Shown here: positions 41,507 through 57,890 of the stretch, piece after piece
Numbering within the stretch: position 1 is the first letter of the stretch
Layout of the letters: each line of letters starts with the position of its first letter
Origin: Octopus vulgaris
Lineage: Eukaryota
Direction: 5' to 3'
NCBI GenBank assembly: GCA_951406725.2
Contig: OX597816.1
Span: forward strand, 75,702,001 to 75,766,000
Length of the DNA stretch: 64,000 nucleotides
The notes under the pieces: model-generated
The model's database searches: none
Told to the model about the DNA's origin: nothing
Seen by the model: the letters and a program-made list of their open reading frames with translations, nothing else
Program-made: the position numbers and the translations under genes

Positions 41507-42342
41507 AAAACCTCTACGTAACATATAGTCATCTCTACCCGCTCTCTGCCTTCTCTTTTTCTGTTATATATGTAAAACTCACCTTGCTATCATAGCTTGC
41601 TCACAAGCTATCATAATATAATTTCAGGAAAACTATTATAAGAGAACATTTATTATGTGAAAATATATTTTGTAAGTTTACTTTCATATATAATAAATAC
41701 ATGAAAAAATCTATTTTCGCCTTACGCCAAAAAAACAGGAAGCTTCATTTATTTAAATAAACTAATATATATACTTAATATACGTATAAAAACAACGCAT
41801 TTTCAAACCTCTTTCATTATTTCCCCCACCCCACATGAACTAAAAAAATATATCCACTGAATTTAAGAACTCGATTCTTAAAATGTTATTAAACTTTTAT
41901 AGGCTATTGCTTCTTTGTAATAACAATAGCTTGTATGATACTGCCTTAAATTTAAAATTGGCTTAGACGAATATTAAGAGTAGAACATTAAAAACTGAAA
42001 TGAATTGAAAGCCGCTAATACCATTGTTCCCTTAGGAATTAAATTTCACGTCACATTCAACAAAATGAATTTAACAAGTACAAGTTATTATATGGTTAGA
42101 AACGTTTTAGCATGAGCCATGGAAATAGTTGGAGTATCAATGGAATTGTTTTTTTTTCTATTCTTCGTAATACATACATACATACATACATACATACATA
42201 CATACATACATACATACATACATACACACATGCATACATACATACATACATACATACATACATACATACAAAACAAATATGCATGTATATCTGTTTAATT
42301 TGTTTTGGGCAAAAGCCTCAGAACGCGCTCTTAAAAGCTTCT

Positions 42343-42764
42343 TATTTCTTTACTGCCCACAAGGGACTACACACAGAGGGGACAAACAAGGACAAACAAA
42401 CGATTCCAGTGCGTAACTGGTACTTAATTTATCGACCCCGAAACGATGAATGGCAAAGTCGACCTCAGCGGAATTTGAACTCAGAACGTAACGGTAGACG
42501 AAATACCGCTAGGCATTTCATCCGGCGTGCTAATGTTTCTTATTTCTTTATCGCCCACAAGGGGCTAAACATAGAGGGGGCAAATAAGGACAGACAAACG
42601 GATTAAGTCGATTACATCGACCCCAGTGCGTAACTGGTACTTATTTAATCGACCCCGAAAGGATGAAAGGCAAAGTCGACCTCGGCGGAATTTGAACTCA
42701 GAACGCAAAGACAGACAAAATACCGCTAAGCATTTCGCCCGGCGTGCTAACGTTTCTGCCAGCT
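42343..42764 (-). mobile_element. SINE family A tandem dimer with 19-bp TSD
   Basis: TSD cgcgctcttaaaag(c/t)ttct at 42324-42342 and 42765-42783. Confidence 0.9.
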
Positions 42765-43029
42765 CGCGCTCTTAAAAGTTTCTATGCTACTCGTTTTCAG
42801 CTACCACCTATCAGTCTCATCTAGTGTAATCCGATGGAATGGTTATATAGATGGAAATATTAAATACATTATAATATAAGTGGCTATACCAATTAAAAAC
42901 CAAAAAAAAAGGTAAAATACATAAATAAAGGTGCAAAATAGCACCTGAAATTGCTAGAAAAAGGAGCTAAAAAGTATAATTCAAATTGCCCCTCAAAATC
43001 ACCAACCTCAAGATCAGTCAAAATTATTT

Positions 43030-43831
43030 AACTCTGCATAGACGACCAAATCTGCCAGCTAAAAGACGCACCCAACACCAGAGCTGAAGTCACCTCCGAA
43101 AGGTGGGGCCCCGCCACATCGAAAACGGTTGAGGAGTAGGGACCGAAACTGGACCTGGTTCCTCCTGATGATGTCCTTAGCCACTGGATCCTTTAAAGAA
43201 GCTGTTAAGGTGGCGAACCACGAAACGTGGTTGGAATTCCTCAGATACTGACAACAGGGAATTACTTGCTGACAATCCAGAAACCTGGATAACAAAGCGA
43301 AGGTACGACAGATGGGCCAAGGGAACCATCTCGTTCATTACGCGCCCTCCTCCTCGATAGTTCAAAGGCTTGTCCCACCAAACAGCTAGCCGGCTCTGGC
43401 TGCTAGAGCTGGAACTAAAACGACTCTGTTGGAAGGTAGGTCTAGAGACGGCGCGGTCAAAACTACGAGCCCTTACTCTCCATTGATCAGCTGAAGCTTA
43501 GACAGTGTCACCTGGTAGTTAGCTGGTACTAGCTGGTGGAGCCTACCGGCGAGTATTTAAAGGGAAATTTGTCAGGGTGGTCATTTGCCCGCTGACATTT
43601 GTTGACGCTGCGTCGAAAAAATCCAAAGACCAAAAAGCTAAAGAAAAAAGAAAAAAAATGCACCCGTCACCAGAGCTGAAGACACTTCCGAAAGGGTGGT
43701 GGGCCTCACGTCGAAAACTGTAGAGGAGTTGGGCCGAAACCGGATGTAGTTCTTCCTGATGATGTCCTTAGCCACTGGATCCGATTAAGGAGCTGTTGAG
43801 GTAGCGAATCACGAAACGTGGTTAGAATTCC
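43030..43831. repeat. GC-rich unclassified segment with a diverged direct repeat of about 170 bp (43067-43240 and 43658-43831)
   Basis: caccagagctgaag...cctgatgatgtccttagccactggatcc...cacgaaacgtggtt..aattcc occurs twice. Confidence 0.7.
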
Positions 43832-44383
43832 CCCCGGGAATATTTCTTTTTCAGAGTAATCTGTTTCGCAAGAAACACGTGGAGATGCTTTTATGTTATT
43901 CGATCCCCTCTACAAATACCATATTAGCAAGAATTAAAGACACATCGTAACGCATTCCAGTGTTTGCTTACGCAGTTTTTGTTATTCATAAAGCATTGGT
44001 TATATTTCCGGTGCAGTTAATTATCTCTCTTTGATTTCTCCTTTTTTTCTTTTTAATTGTGTGCTCATTCAACCGTCAATTGCATCGAACATAGCTATTA
44101 AACTGTCTTGTTTTTAGCAGCTTAATAAATGGCAACATAAATTAATGTTTCGGCCAGGATTCCCTGATTAGGTGTATTTCACAAGGCTTTTTACAGTTTT
44201 TATTATAACCTCACTCTTTTAAGTGATCGAGTGCTATACTAGTTGTTGAACTTCATTCCATACAGATTATTGCTACTGTACTGGAGTAAACATCGCAGAT
44301 TCTTTTTAAGATTGGCGAAGCTTAATGTGTATCGTCAAGCGCTGTACGACACATGTATTCACCTTCACGATGAATCTTTTTCA

Positions 44384-44501
44384 CATGAAATATTCTGCCA
44401 AGAATATTTCAATCCTGCCAAACGATGTTTACATGATGATGTTCATAGAAAAAAATTAGAAGATTTTGTTAAATGCTTACGCTGGAGGGCCTTCCTATTT
44501 G
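44384..44501 (+). pseudogene. N-terminal fragment of a Penelope-like ORF
   Basis: MKYSAKNISILPNDVYMMMFIEK/LEDFVKCLRWRAFLF resembles the YSxKNIP...IEK.E...RW.A.F start of GLYRDDG-type PLE proteins. Confidence 0.6.
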
Positions 44502-44694
44502 GCTGCGAGTTACGAATAACAGCTATTGGAATTTTAATGAAAAATAGTCAGTCAAGGGTTGCATCCTGTACATATTTCTTCTGCTTTTGCCTCATTAATA
44601 ATGTCTGATAACAACCCGTCTTAGCTAAAACATGATAAACAATAGAATATATTAAAAGCAACTCAGAATACCAATTTATGAAATATAGATATCC

Positions 44695-44903
44695 TTTTCT
44701 ACTCTAGGCACAAGACCTCAAATTTTTGGGGTGGGGGCCAGTCGACTAGATCGACCCCAGGACGCAACTGGTACTTAATTTATCGATCCTGAAAGGATGA
44801 AAGGCAAGGTCGGCCTCGGCGTAATTTGAACTCAGAACGTAAAGACAAAATACCACTGAGCATTCGCCCGGCATACTAACGATTGTACCAGCTCGCCACC
44901 TTA
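44695..44903 (-). mobile_element. SINE family A, tail type 2
   Basis: Homologous to 11228-11440. Confidence 0.85.
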
Positions 44904-45809
44904 TGACAAATAGATATCGAATACATATAAAGTTTTGTGAGTTTATGCAAAATTATTGAAACAATGAGGAGCTATCAAAGTGTAAGATGAAATCGAAATT
45001 CATTTCTGCATTCTGAAAATATATTGTTATGGTTGATTATTGAAAATGATACTATGATATTTCAATCAGTTTAGGCAGTTATTTTTATGTTTAAACTCCA
45101 TTATCGATCACACGAAAATAGAAATTCTAAAGAGAGTGGCTGAATACCAAAATTAAGCAACAAAATCTTCACATTGCTTTTTACAATAATATAATTACAA
45201 AAGGCCTTTTTGTTAGGAAACTAAATATGAACTAACTGACATTCTCACGGAACCTACTTTTAAAACTAAATATTTATAATTTTTTTCCATACAGTTTTAA
45301 TTTACAAATATATTAAGAAACTATTCTAGAATGAAAAATAAAAAAATAAATGAACCACAACCTACTAATGGAGCACTAAGATTTTTGTGATGGTGAAAAT
45401 TTGAAAATGTAGATTTAGATAAAAATTAATGTAACAACAAAATAGTGAGAATAAAAGATCTCTATTTATTTGGAAAAGAATCTGGCTCAGAAATAAGGCT
45501 GTCTGGAAGGAAGTACAGACTTAACTGATTCAGCATTGTTTAATGTTCGAAAAATTTCTCTAATTTCTCTTCTGAATTTAAATGAAGTGGAAACATTTTT
45601 TAATATGTTCTTTCATTTTTCTTATGAAATGTATGACAGTAGTAGTAACTACGTAAAAATACAAGTTTTGTGTTTTTATACAGTTATTATTTTATTATCA
45701 TTATTTTTATATAGCTATTATAACGAGTATCGTATTTTTATGTAGTTATGTAGTGTGTCGTTACCATTGATAATCGTAATGATGATAACAACAACAATAA
45801 TGATAATAA

Positions 45810-46060
45810 TTAGATAGAGACACTAAATTTGTTTGAACAGAAACACTCAAAAGTACTTGGGAGCGGACGAAACTATAAAGATACAATAAAGAATCGAAAG
45901 AGAAAATTAGAAAGGAGTACTGCAAAAGACTGAGAATTATATTGAAATTGAACTCAATGCTAGTAACAAGACAATAAGTATAAATACATTAGATTTCCCA
46001 GTTTTAAACCACAGCTTCAATAGAACAGATTAGAAGTTAAGGGAATTGGAAAAGATTAGA
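45810..46060 (+). mobile_element. R4/Dong-like LINE fragment
   Basis: EKIRKEYCKRLRIILK.ELNASNKTISINTL..PVL; same region as 18462-18640; preceded by AAT repeats. Confidence 0.65.
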
Positions 46061-46609
46061 CAACACGAGCTGTTCAAAGTAACGAACAGCTGAATTCCTT
46101 AATCACCTTAATCACATTTTTTAAAGAAATTCTACCCTGTTTAAGAAGTCACGTCCAATATCTTTACCACTTCTTTCAACATTCTGGAAGTCTCTGATTC
46201 CGTAGGCTACTCAAACCTCACCTTTATCATCCATCTGTTCTCATTCCATCTCGTCTTCACTTCATCAGCCTACTGAAAACTTGGCCTCCAATACTCCCAA
46301 CACCTTCGTTCAAAGTCAGAATCATGATTGCAGAGGCACCTCTACCACCTGCACTGTCTCTATTGCCTCTACCGGCTATACCACCTCCTCCACCTCTACC
46401 GCTTCTACCGCCATGACTAATTTGAAACCCAGCATCAATGTATAATCCGTTCACACGACACAGGTACCACAAAACAGTAGTCGACCACAAAACAGAACCG
46501 AAACTTAAAATTTTTAAGAAAATTAAAATTCATCTTATATAGTGGCGTTTTCAAACTTCTTTTTTATAAATATATACCCACTCGTATACCACCTACACTT
46601 ATTATAAAT

Positions 46610-46727
<118 letters not shown>

Positions 46728-47332
46728 TACGTGAACCAGTCCGATCGATCCTATAAAAAATTATGTGGAACTACGAGATTTGAAAGTTAACGAAATTATG
46801 GTTAATTATGTAAAGGTCACGATAATTACACCATTTTTACCTACCATGATATTAATTTAAAGTTATGTCAATATGTCCAGTTTAAAATGTACATGGCCAT
46901 AGACACAACACAAGAAAAGCTGTGGTTCCTTTCCTTAGTAGTATAATGTTGCTTTCCTTTCTGCTGAACTTTGTAATATAAAAATTACTTTGGATGGTAT
47001 ATTAGAAGAACAATGTGCTGGCATGACGATTCTTGACCTTGCACTGCATCACTATTAATATTTTCCCACCACCACATAGCTCATAGCATTTTGATGTGCT
47101 ATGCACTTGTGGCAATTTATGAGAAACCGCTGTAAATTATAGTTTTACTTTTTGCTCTCACTATATATAGTTTGCTTAATTTGTATCGCTAAAAAATCAT
47201 AGTTGAACGACAAGAAAACCATTCATTTTTCCTTTCTAAGTCGTTGAAATGTCAATCCAGGCAGGTAAGCTATGAAAAATTGCCACAATGTGAGGGTAAT
47301 AGCATAGACGACGATGGTGATGATAATGATGG

Positions 47333-47377
<45 letters not shown>

Positions 47378-48665
47378 CGACGACGACGACGACGAAGGTG
47401 GTGACAATGACGATAACGACAATGTGACAGGTGGTGTCTCGAATGATGTAAATGGAGATGCTGATGGGAATAATGATGGCTGCTTGTTCATCAATTCAAT
47501 ATCTGATTATAAAATGAAACAAAACCCGAACTTTTAATTCGTTGATATCCAAAGGGAAAATTAGGCGCCACTGTGTGTGACAAAGCTTCACCTCTGAATT
47601 ATCGGTAGAGTCCACGCATTCAGAATCTGCCTACTCAATGTTAATTAGAAGGCTTTGGATCAATCCAAGGCTAATTTAGAAACCACTGGCTCAAAGTGTC
47701 TTTCGTTGAGATCGACACAAATACATCCAATAAAGAAATACACTTTCTAATCAGTAACGAGTAGTTACTCATTTTGCAAAGGCATACATACAAACATATA
47801 TGTTGGTGTCATATTTTTTCGTAGATATTTCAAAGAATATATATTTTATCTTTTATCTTCTACTTGTTTCAGCCCTAATACTTATTGTTTTTTTTTTAAA
47901 ACGTGGCACCCATTCTTACGTCACTTTTGCCGAATCGCTACCAGAACGGAAATAAACTAACACCAATTTTTCAAGCAGTGGTGGGGACCAATCACACACA
48001 ATCACACACACACACACACAAAACAACCCTTCATACACAGCTAACAACAACTTTTCTCCAAAGATTTCCTGAGGAGGGATCTGAGCCTTGAAACACTGAA
48101 ATACGAGGCAAAACCACCAACCTGTAACATTTTTATATTTTGCATTGTTTTAGCTTCAGAAAGAAATGCATTTAACACACATACATACATACGCACACAC
48201 CCACGCACACGCTCACAGACATGTAGGTGTAGCATATATGTATGTATATATATATATATGCTAATATACTTACATGTACTTTTATATGTACATATATATA
48301 GATATGCATGTATATATAGCATTAAGTTTGCAACCATTAAAGCGAATATACAGGCTCAAGTAACCATATAATTCGTATATAGCTCATAAACACATGCACA
48401 CATATGTGCTCACTCGAACATATAAGCATACATACGCTCGTATCTAAGCATTGAAAAAATAATTTTTTTACAACTATTACAATGTCTAATTTGCATGCAA
48501 TCATGCGATCTTACCACCATGTTTCAATGGTAATGCACTATCGCAAACCGGCCGTGAAATTATTATCAAAATCACTGTAATTATACGGTTGACTGACACA
48601 TCAAATAGCATCCCCACTCATTCCATATTGTTCTAACTTTTTCCTTTATTTTTACTTTTTCTCAC

Positions 48666-48727
<62 letters not shown>

Positions 48728-48935
48728 CAATCCTATTCTCTTTATTCAGTCAAACAAAGTACATGCAACAATCACATGCTCACATACATACGCGTGAATT
48801 CGTGTGTTCGGTGCTGAAAGCACACTAACAAGCACGTCATACGTACATACATACATATTACATACATAATACTTACATACGTACATACATACATAAACAT
48901 ATATATAAATAAATATATATATATATATATATCTA

Positions 48936-49023
<88 letters not shown>

Positions 49024-49074
49024 TGTATGTGTACGTACATGTATGTATGCATGTATTTATACACACACATATCC

Positions 49075-49465
49075 TTTACTTGTTTCAGTCATTGGACTGC
49101 CAACATTCTAGGGCACCAGTTCGAAGGGGGTTAAGTCAAACAAATCGACATCACTGCTTATGTTTAAACCTGGTACTTATTCTATTGGCTTCCTTTTACC
49201 GAACCGATAAGTTATAGGGACGTAAATAAATCGACATCGGTTTTCAAGCGGTGTTGGGAGACAGACACAAACACAAAGACACCCATGCACACACACATAC
49301 ACACACACACACACAGCATACATGCACGCGCGCGCACATACACACACACACTCACACACGCACACATATGACGAGCTTCTTTCAGTTTCTATCTGCCAAA
49401 TTCGCTGACAAGTCTTTGGTCGGCCCGGGTCAATAACAGAAGACACGTGCTCAAGGTACCACACA
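49075..49465 (-). mobile_element. SINE family B, nearly full length
   Basis: Homologous to 6690-7037. Confidence 0.8.
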
Positions 49466-49469
49466 AAGG

Positions 49470-50046
<577 letters not shown>

Positions 50047-50050
50047 TTTA

Positions 50051-51375
<1,325 letters not shown>

Positions 51376-51480
51376 TTATTATTATTATTTCTTTCCAAAT
51401 ACGCACATATATCATGTATATGTGTGTGTATGTATACATAGATATATATACATACATTCACACACACACACACATACATA

Positions 51481-52625
51481 TTAAGGGTAGTGAAAAGTAA
51501 TGTCGCATCAAAAATATATTTATTCCTTCAAAATATAATCGCCATCATTAGCAATAATATTTCCCACTTCGAAACCAGTTTTCTATTTCCTCGCTAAAAA
51601 AAGAAAAAAATACAGAAGAAAAAAATGAGTTCCTTAAGAAGAGAAAAATATTTGGAGTGCTCTTTTCGACATCATTCTTACATGAGAATATTTTTATTTG
51701 GTAAAGTTTTCAAGTAACCTGAGTAAGTGAAAACCTGATGGTGCTAGGTCTGGTGAGTAGGGATGGTGAGGTAGAGTTCCCAAGCCACATGAACGTATCT
51801 TTTCTTGAGTTATTTTCGTTCAATGTCACTCTTTCTGCTGAATGGAGCTGATTCCGTCTTGAGCGAAACTTAGTGGATATGTCCAAGCTGATTTCAATAA
51901 AGTTTTGTGGTGAAGCTTTTCCTTTGTCTCAGTAATTCGAAGCGAACAATACCGATTGTGTACCTCAAAATTTTGGGTTGTAAATCCAGTTTGGATGATA
52001 GAACTGGATTTTCATTTGATAATAGTCATCGTTCCTTATGTTTTTTTTTTGCTGATATAGACTAGCCATTTCTTATCTTTTACAATTCGATTAAAATGTT
52101 TACTAATTATTGAACGCACCACGAAGTTTTTGGTTCAAGCAACACATGAAGTACTCTCGCCCCCTCTCTTGAGATAATCTTGCACCGTTAACCGAGGTAT
52201 AAGCTGATATGGCTTCTCTTAAATTGTTGCTTTTACTGCATTATTATTGACACTGGTCGTTCTTCCTGATTGATACCTATCCAAACGATCTAAATCATTT
52301 TTCTTGATATTGTTAAATCACTTTTGGCATTTCCGAACGCTCATCCCATCAGGATAGTAAGTGTTTTTTCCTTGCAAACGTGATATTTTTGCCCTTACGA
52401 AATTCTTAAAGCATGTAATGCCGAATATGCCGCTCACTAAAATCTGTCTTCCATGGGCGGTCAGATAGAGAGCATATACACACAGCGCGTGTCCAATTTA
52501 ATGTTTGATCATTAACTGCATGTTGATTGATTGATTGCAAGAACACCTTTTATTGGCTTGTAATCTATTTGTGATACGAAATCAGACGATTTGCATGAAA
52601 ATACATTACTTTTCGGTATTCCTAA
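51481..52625 (-). mobile_element. Degenerate mariner element
   Basis: HPYSPDLAPS motif at about 51730-51780; imperfect TIRs with gaaaagtaatg and cattacttttc. Confidence 0.7.
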
Positions 52626-52636
52626 TATATAAAGAA

Positions 52637-53151
52637 CTAGCAGTATCGCCCGGCGTTGCTCGGGTTTGTAAGGGAAATAACTATATAAGCATTTTTAGAG
52701 AGTTACTTCCCTTATAGATGCCAATTCGGGCTTTCTTAGCCATTTCTGTTTTGGTGTCTTCAAGCCATGAAGTCGTTGTTCTAAAAGAACACTGGTCTCC
52801 TTGACAACGCTTTACGACGTTGATTTCCTTACACTCCCTTCCCCACAGCTTCACGAGGGAGGGAAGAAGGGGGAGAAGCAAACAGGTGCAGGTGTGACCA
52901 TGGACGCCAACTCCGCCGCCATCGACACACGAAAAATTATGCATTAAAATGGAATAAAAAATGATGTTAAATTATTTTTAAAATCGTAGACTCATTGTAG
53001 ACGCGCGCTAATACTCAGACGGGCTCGATATGAATCACGACTATAAGATACCCGAATTTGGTTAAACTGCACCGCAAAATGTGGGAGTAGTTAGGAATCT
53101 AAATCGAAGGGGACAGACATTCACACAACTACAGTTTTATATATATATAGA
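52637..53151 (-). mobile_element. Non-autonomous Helitron
   Basis: Minus strand begins TC(TA)n and ends CTAG, with hairpin cccgagcaacgccggg just upstream of the end; inserted between A and T. Confidence 0.85.
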
Positions 53152-53404
53152 TAAAAGTCAGATAAACAAAAGTAGGCGCAAGGTGTATATTTACCTGGAA
53201 ATTTGCATATACAAATTCATTTATTCATTTGTATACGCAACTTGTAAATACACTTTTGATGCTTACTTTTTACCTTTTTTTAAATTCCCATACCCGCTCG
53301 ATCATTTTTATAGCCGATTTCTACACCGGAGCTACCTATTCTAGTCGAAGAAATTGTTATCTGAGCACTACTTGGTGAGTGTCTATATTACGCTTATTCT
53401 TCTT

Positions 53405-53553
<149 letters not shown>

Positions 53554-54247
53554 ATATACACACGCATACACACGTACATATATCTCGATTATAATTAGAG
53601 GTTATAAATACACTGCAGAGCATCTTTACGTTGTCTTTGGTATAACAGAATTATTTTTTAACACATCAACCTACATACGCACCAGAAACTTTCGATGCAT
53701 TATCCACAATAGATATTAATAATTTAGCATGAGTGACCGAATGTATAAAATATTCGATCAAAAATATTAGAGCGTAAACTAATAACAATTATGCCGTAAA
53801 CTCATATCCGGTTATACGCATATTATTTTGTCTTTTATACGTATTTATCATCGAGCTGTCAAGAGCCAGTTTCAAAACATTTATCTTAGTTACCAGCATT
53901 AGTAGATTGGCGTCTTTTTTCACTTAACGCACCAGACACTGGCGTTTAAATAACAACTTAATCCACCTCTGAGATTCATGAGTCAATTAACTTAGATACA
54001 GGGCCATCAATTTATAGTGAAGATGAATGAAATTGCGTGAGATGTATTTTCTTTTACACTTTAGCTAGTTTCAATCATTGGACTAGTGTTTTATAAGGAC
54101 ATTTGATTTTATGGTTAATGTCTGTTTGTACGTACGTATGTATGTATGTATGTATGTATGTATGTATGTATGTATGTATGTATGTATGTATGTATGTATG
54201 TATGTATGTATGTATATGTGCGCGTATATACACGCATATACATTTAT

Positions 54248-54342
<95 letters not shown>

Positions 54343-54562
54343 CACATAAACACCCATTAGGCGCACACACACGTATTTATATGTATATATATGTATTTGA
54401 CCTGGAAGAATCGTTAGCATATCGGGAAAAATGCTTAGCAATATTTCGTCTGATTTCAGTTTCTGATTTCAAATTCCGCCGAGTATATATATCTATATAT
54501 TGATATTTAGCAGAAGCAACAGAGTGACTTAAGGTTCGAGATTTTCGCGCGTTGGCACTTCG

Positions 54563-55806
54563 AGTGTTCGGGTTAAATTCGACAATTATGTATGTCTCCT
54601 CTTTTGAGGAACAACTTCATGTATTGGTGAACCATCAACGGTGCTGGCGAACATAAAAATTAAAGCTGTAGCTAAAAAAAGGTCACACACATAGAGTTTT
54701 GGAAGATATCTGAATATTGGAAAACAAACACCTGCGGTGGGTATCAAAATGTCAACATCATGATCGTTGCTCAATGTTCTGTAAACACTGTAAAGGCTGT
54801 AAGACGTGACACGGACTGGGACAACGGAGGGTATTCATCCGTCGACAACAGAAAGGGACACAACAGGCGTTCTAACTGCGTCCGCATGCCAGAGTTCATC
54901 TAACAGCTGCACGGCTAAGTGATAGAAGACCCGAGCAAGGAAATCCTGTCTTTTGTAAGAGATGAGTATTGGAGTCGCCATCATGGAGCTGACCCTAATG
55001 TGGACCTTCGTATAAGAGGCGAAGGAAAAAATTCTGACAGCCAGTGTCGAGGGGAACCAGTTGATGTAGTCAAAGAAGCTCCTGAACAAGCTGAGATATT
55101 TTGCTGAGCCGGAGATGATCTGGTTTTCCTCAACTCAAAGGACCAGTTGCACAACATCCAGAATAACAGGTGGTTTTATCTACAATCCCTGGGATGTCCT
55201 GTGTTCTGAAACCCAAGTTGCCCCAAACTGTTATGGTCTTTGAGTGTGTCTCCAGTGATGGTGAAGCCACGCTGTCCCACATCACTGAACAAGGCCTTAG
55301 GCTCACTTGGGACGGCTATGTGAAGCTGCTGGTGTCCGTAGTCTGTTCCTGGTTGGAGCAGGTTGCTTCTGGAAGGCCATATTTGAGGCTGCAAGGTTCA
55401 GCTCCTTGCCACACTCCCGGAAAGAATCAGAATTGGTTGTCGGAGAATTTATACGACCCAATTTCTCGCCTTCTAATTCCTCCATTTGTGATCCCATGGA
55501 TTAATATGAGTGGGACATAGTTGAGAAAAAACACTAACCGTTCTACTTGCGACACTAAGGTCAAGCTTTGACTAAGATCAAGAAGTTGTTCGAAGACCTT
55601 CTCAGGCATACACTGAAGAACGTATGAGTCATGTTCCGGGACCGTGTTGAGGCCTTGGTGGAAGATAAGGGCGGCTAATTTGAGCAAACTGTTATCTCTC
55701 AGCCATAATCTAGTTGATATTTTTGATTTAAGAAAAAATAGTTTTATTTTGAATGAAATATTGTGTTTTCTCTTTCTTTTATGCAAACTATCAAATTTAG
55801 CCCGAA

Positions 55807-55810
<4 letters not shown>
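54563..55810 (+). mobile_element. Decayed Tc1/mariner-superfamily element (maT/DD37D-like)
   Basis: TIR agtgttcggg(t/c)taaatt; transposase remnants VMVFECVSSDG, QGSAPCHT..NQNWLSEN, PSNSSICDPMD. Confidence 0.75.
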
Positions 55811-55873
<63 letters not shown>

Positions 55874-56214
55874 TATATGTATATGTATATGTATATATAT
55901 GTATATATATGTAGATATATATATATATACATACACACATACATACATATATATATATACATACATACTTATATACATACATACATACATACATACAAAT
56001 ACACACACATACATACATACATACATACATACATACATACATACATACATTCATACATACATACATACATACACATATATTTATATATGTAGGAAAGCAA
56101 TTCTTTCCTTATTAAAGAAATATTCCATTAAAATAGCTCTGAGGATGCTAAAAGATGTCTCACTAATGAAAGTGATTACGTAATTCCTGTCATACATTTA
56201 TTAATTGATTTTGG

Positions 56215-56390
56215 CTTCAAATTTTGACACAAGGCCAGCATTTCGGAGGAGGTATTAAATCGATTACAACAACCCTAGCATTCGACTGGTACCTATTTTA
56301 TCGATCCCGAAAGGATGAAATGCAAACTCGACCCCGGTAGCATCTGAACACAGAATGTAATGTCAGGAAAGATGCTGCTTAGCATTCATT
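56215..56390 (-). mobile_element. SINE family A, diverged
   Basis: ctggtacctattttatcgatcccgaaaggatgaaa. Confidence 0.7.
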
Positions 56391-56589
56391 AATTAATAGT
56401 ACGTTCTGTACTGAACTGCTATTTCATATAAGGATCGGGAGTGGAAGATATTAGACAATTTATATCTTATCGCTACCGGGCCTCACAAAGACTGTGAAAT
56501 ATAATTACTAACTCTCACTTTGAAAGTTATGCAAAAGAAAGAGCAACCAAATTCCAGAAGCACAAAAGGGACAGAGATGCAGGAAAAAC

Positions 56590-57480
56590 CGAAATGTGAT
56601 AGTCGATGCAGACTGTGGCATTATCACCGAAGATATCACCCACATCGCAAGCAGTTGTTCGTTACGTCAATGAGACATGATGTTGTGGCCAAGACACAGC
56701 ACAATGAGATCTATTGGAAGGATAATACTGAGACCAAAGTTATAAGAACCCACAATACCATAGAGACCACTCATGTTATGAAGAGTACTGATGCAGTGTC
56801 CTTGTGAAACCTCAATAAAATGCAAACATAATAGACCAGAGATAATAATTTGGACAGAGAGGAGAAACTATGTATAGTCAAGGAAATCCCATTGCTCAGC
56901 GGATGTCACTATTAAGCTAAAGATCAGCGAAATAATAAAAAAACACTTACGTTGAACTATTGAATAATTTATAGCTACTCCACTCTGATATCAAGTTCAG
57001 ATTTATACGTGTAATTATTGGGCCAAGCTTTCTCAAGATCAGAAAGGGGAATGACAATTTGAAGATTACAGATAAAACCAATGGGTCTGTCAACATATGT
57101 AAAAATTTACAAAAGTTTCGCATCTATTTACATATGTACCCTCTAGACATGTATCTATATATGAGTAAACATAATAAAATGAGATGACAAAGGAATAAAC
57201 GAGTATCTTAAGAACTTCATTAGCTTACAGCTGTTTCTGCAATAGGATGCAGTGAACTCATAGTAAAGTGCCTGAGTAATACCTTGTAGCTTCATCGAAT
57301 ATAGCCTCGAATATGAATTGCAATTTATTTGGGAAAGAGTAAACATACTTAAAACAAACATATAGATCTACACATGCACTGATTCCAAATACTAGACATA
57401 TACATGCACAACTATGTTGTGGATGTTGAAATTCATATGAAGGATGCTTAGATCTAGGTAAGAAACCGACTCTTTCACTG
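56590..57480 (+). mobile_element. REL-endonuclease LINE 3' fragment (second family), interrupted at about 57155-57330
   Basis: CRLW, RHDVVAK, KCKHNRPEIIIW; 3' UTR similar to 35640-35700 and 61060-61105. Confidence 0.65.
57220..57305 (-). ncRNA. Degenerate hammerhead-like motif
   Basis: TCGATGA, a long stem II (actca/tgagt, tgca/tgca), then GAAACAGCTGTA-agc, the same stem III as 4028-4077. Confidence 0.45.
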
Positions 57481-57538
57481 TTAGCAAGATGTCTAGATAT
57501 TAACCTAAATAGTAACATATATACAAATTCACGTCTGC

Positions 57539-57569
<31 letters not shown>

Positions 57570-57858
57570 TGTATGTATATAATATAATGCAATATATATA
57601 TATATGTATACAAATAAATGATTTCGTTTCCGTAGCTAACAAAGCGAAACAACACAGAAACAAGTGAGTCCTACAATCTAAGGACGTCATTTACAGCCCA
57701 AAATGCGTTTTCGCATAATACTAGGTGGAGAAATTTTCTCGCGGGGCTAACGCCGCAGCGGAACGTCTTGTTACGTCCGAATGCACTCAAACGAGCTAAA
57801 TACTTTACATGAATATATTTTATTCAACACTGCTCACTGCTTTGTGCAACATTATCTA

Positions 57859-57890
<32 letters not shown>

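Noticed and set aside
41210-41525. Repeated aaaacctctacg units resembling a CRISPR-like array
   Set aside because: Units are short and irregularly spaced, consistent with local tandem duplication plus a SINE TSD, in a eukaryotic context with no cas genes.
43160-43240. CTGATGA...GAAACGTG in both copies of the direct repeat
   Set aside because: The triplet would be GUG, which breaks the NUH rule, and stem I does not form.
46130-46320. Possible RTE 3' remnant on the minus strand
   Set aside because: Too degraded to assign.
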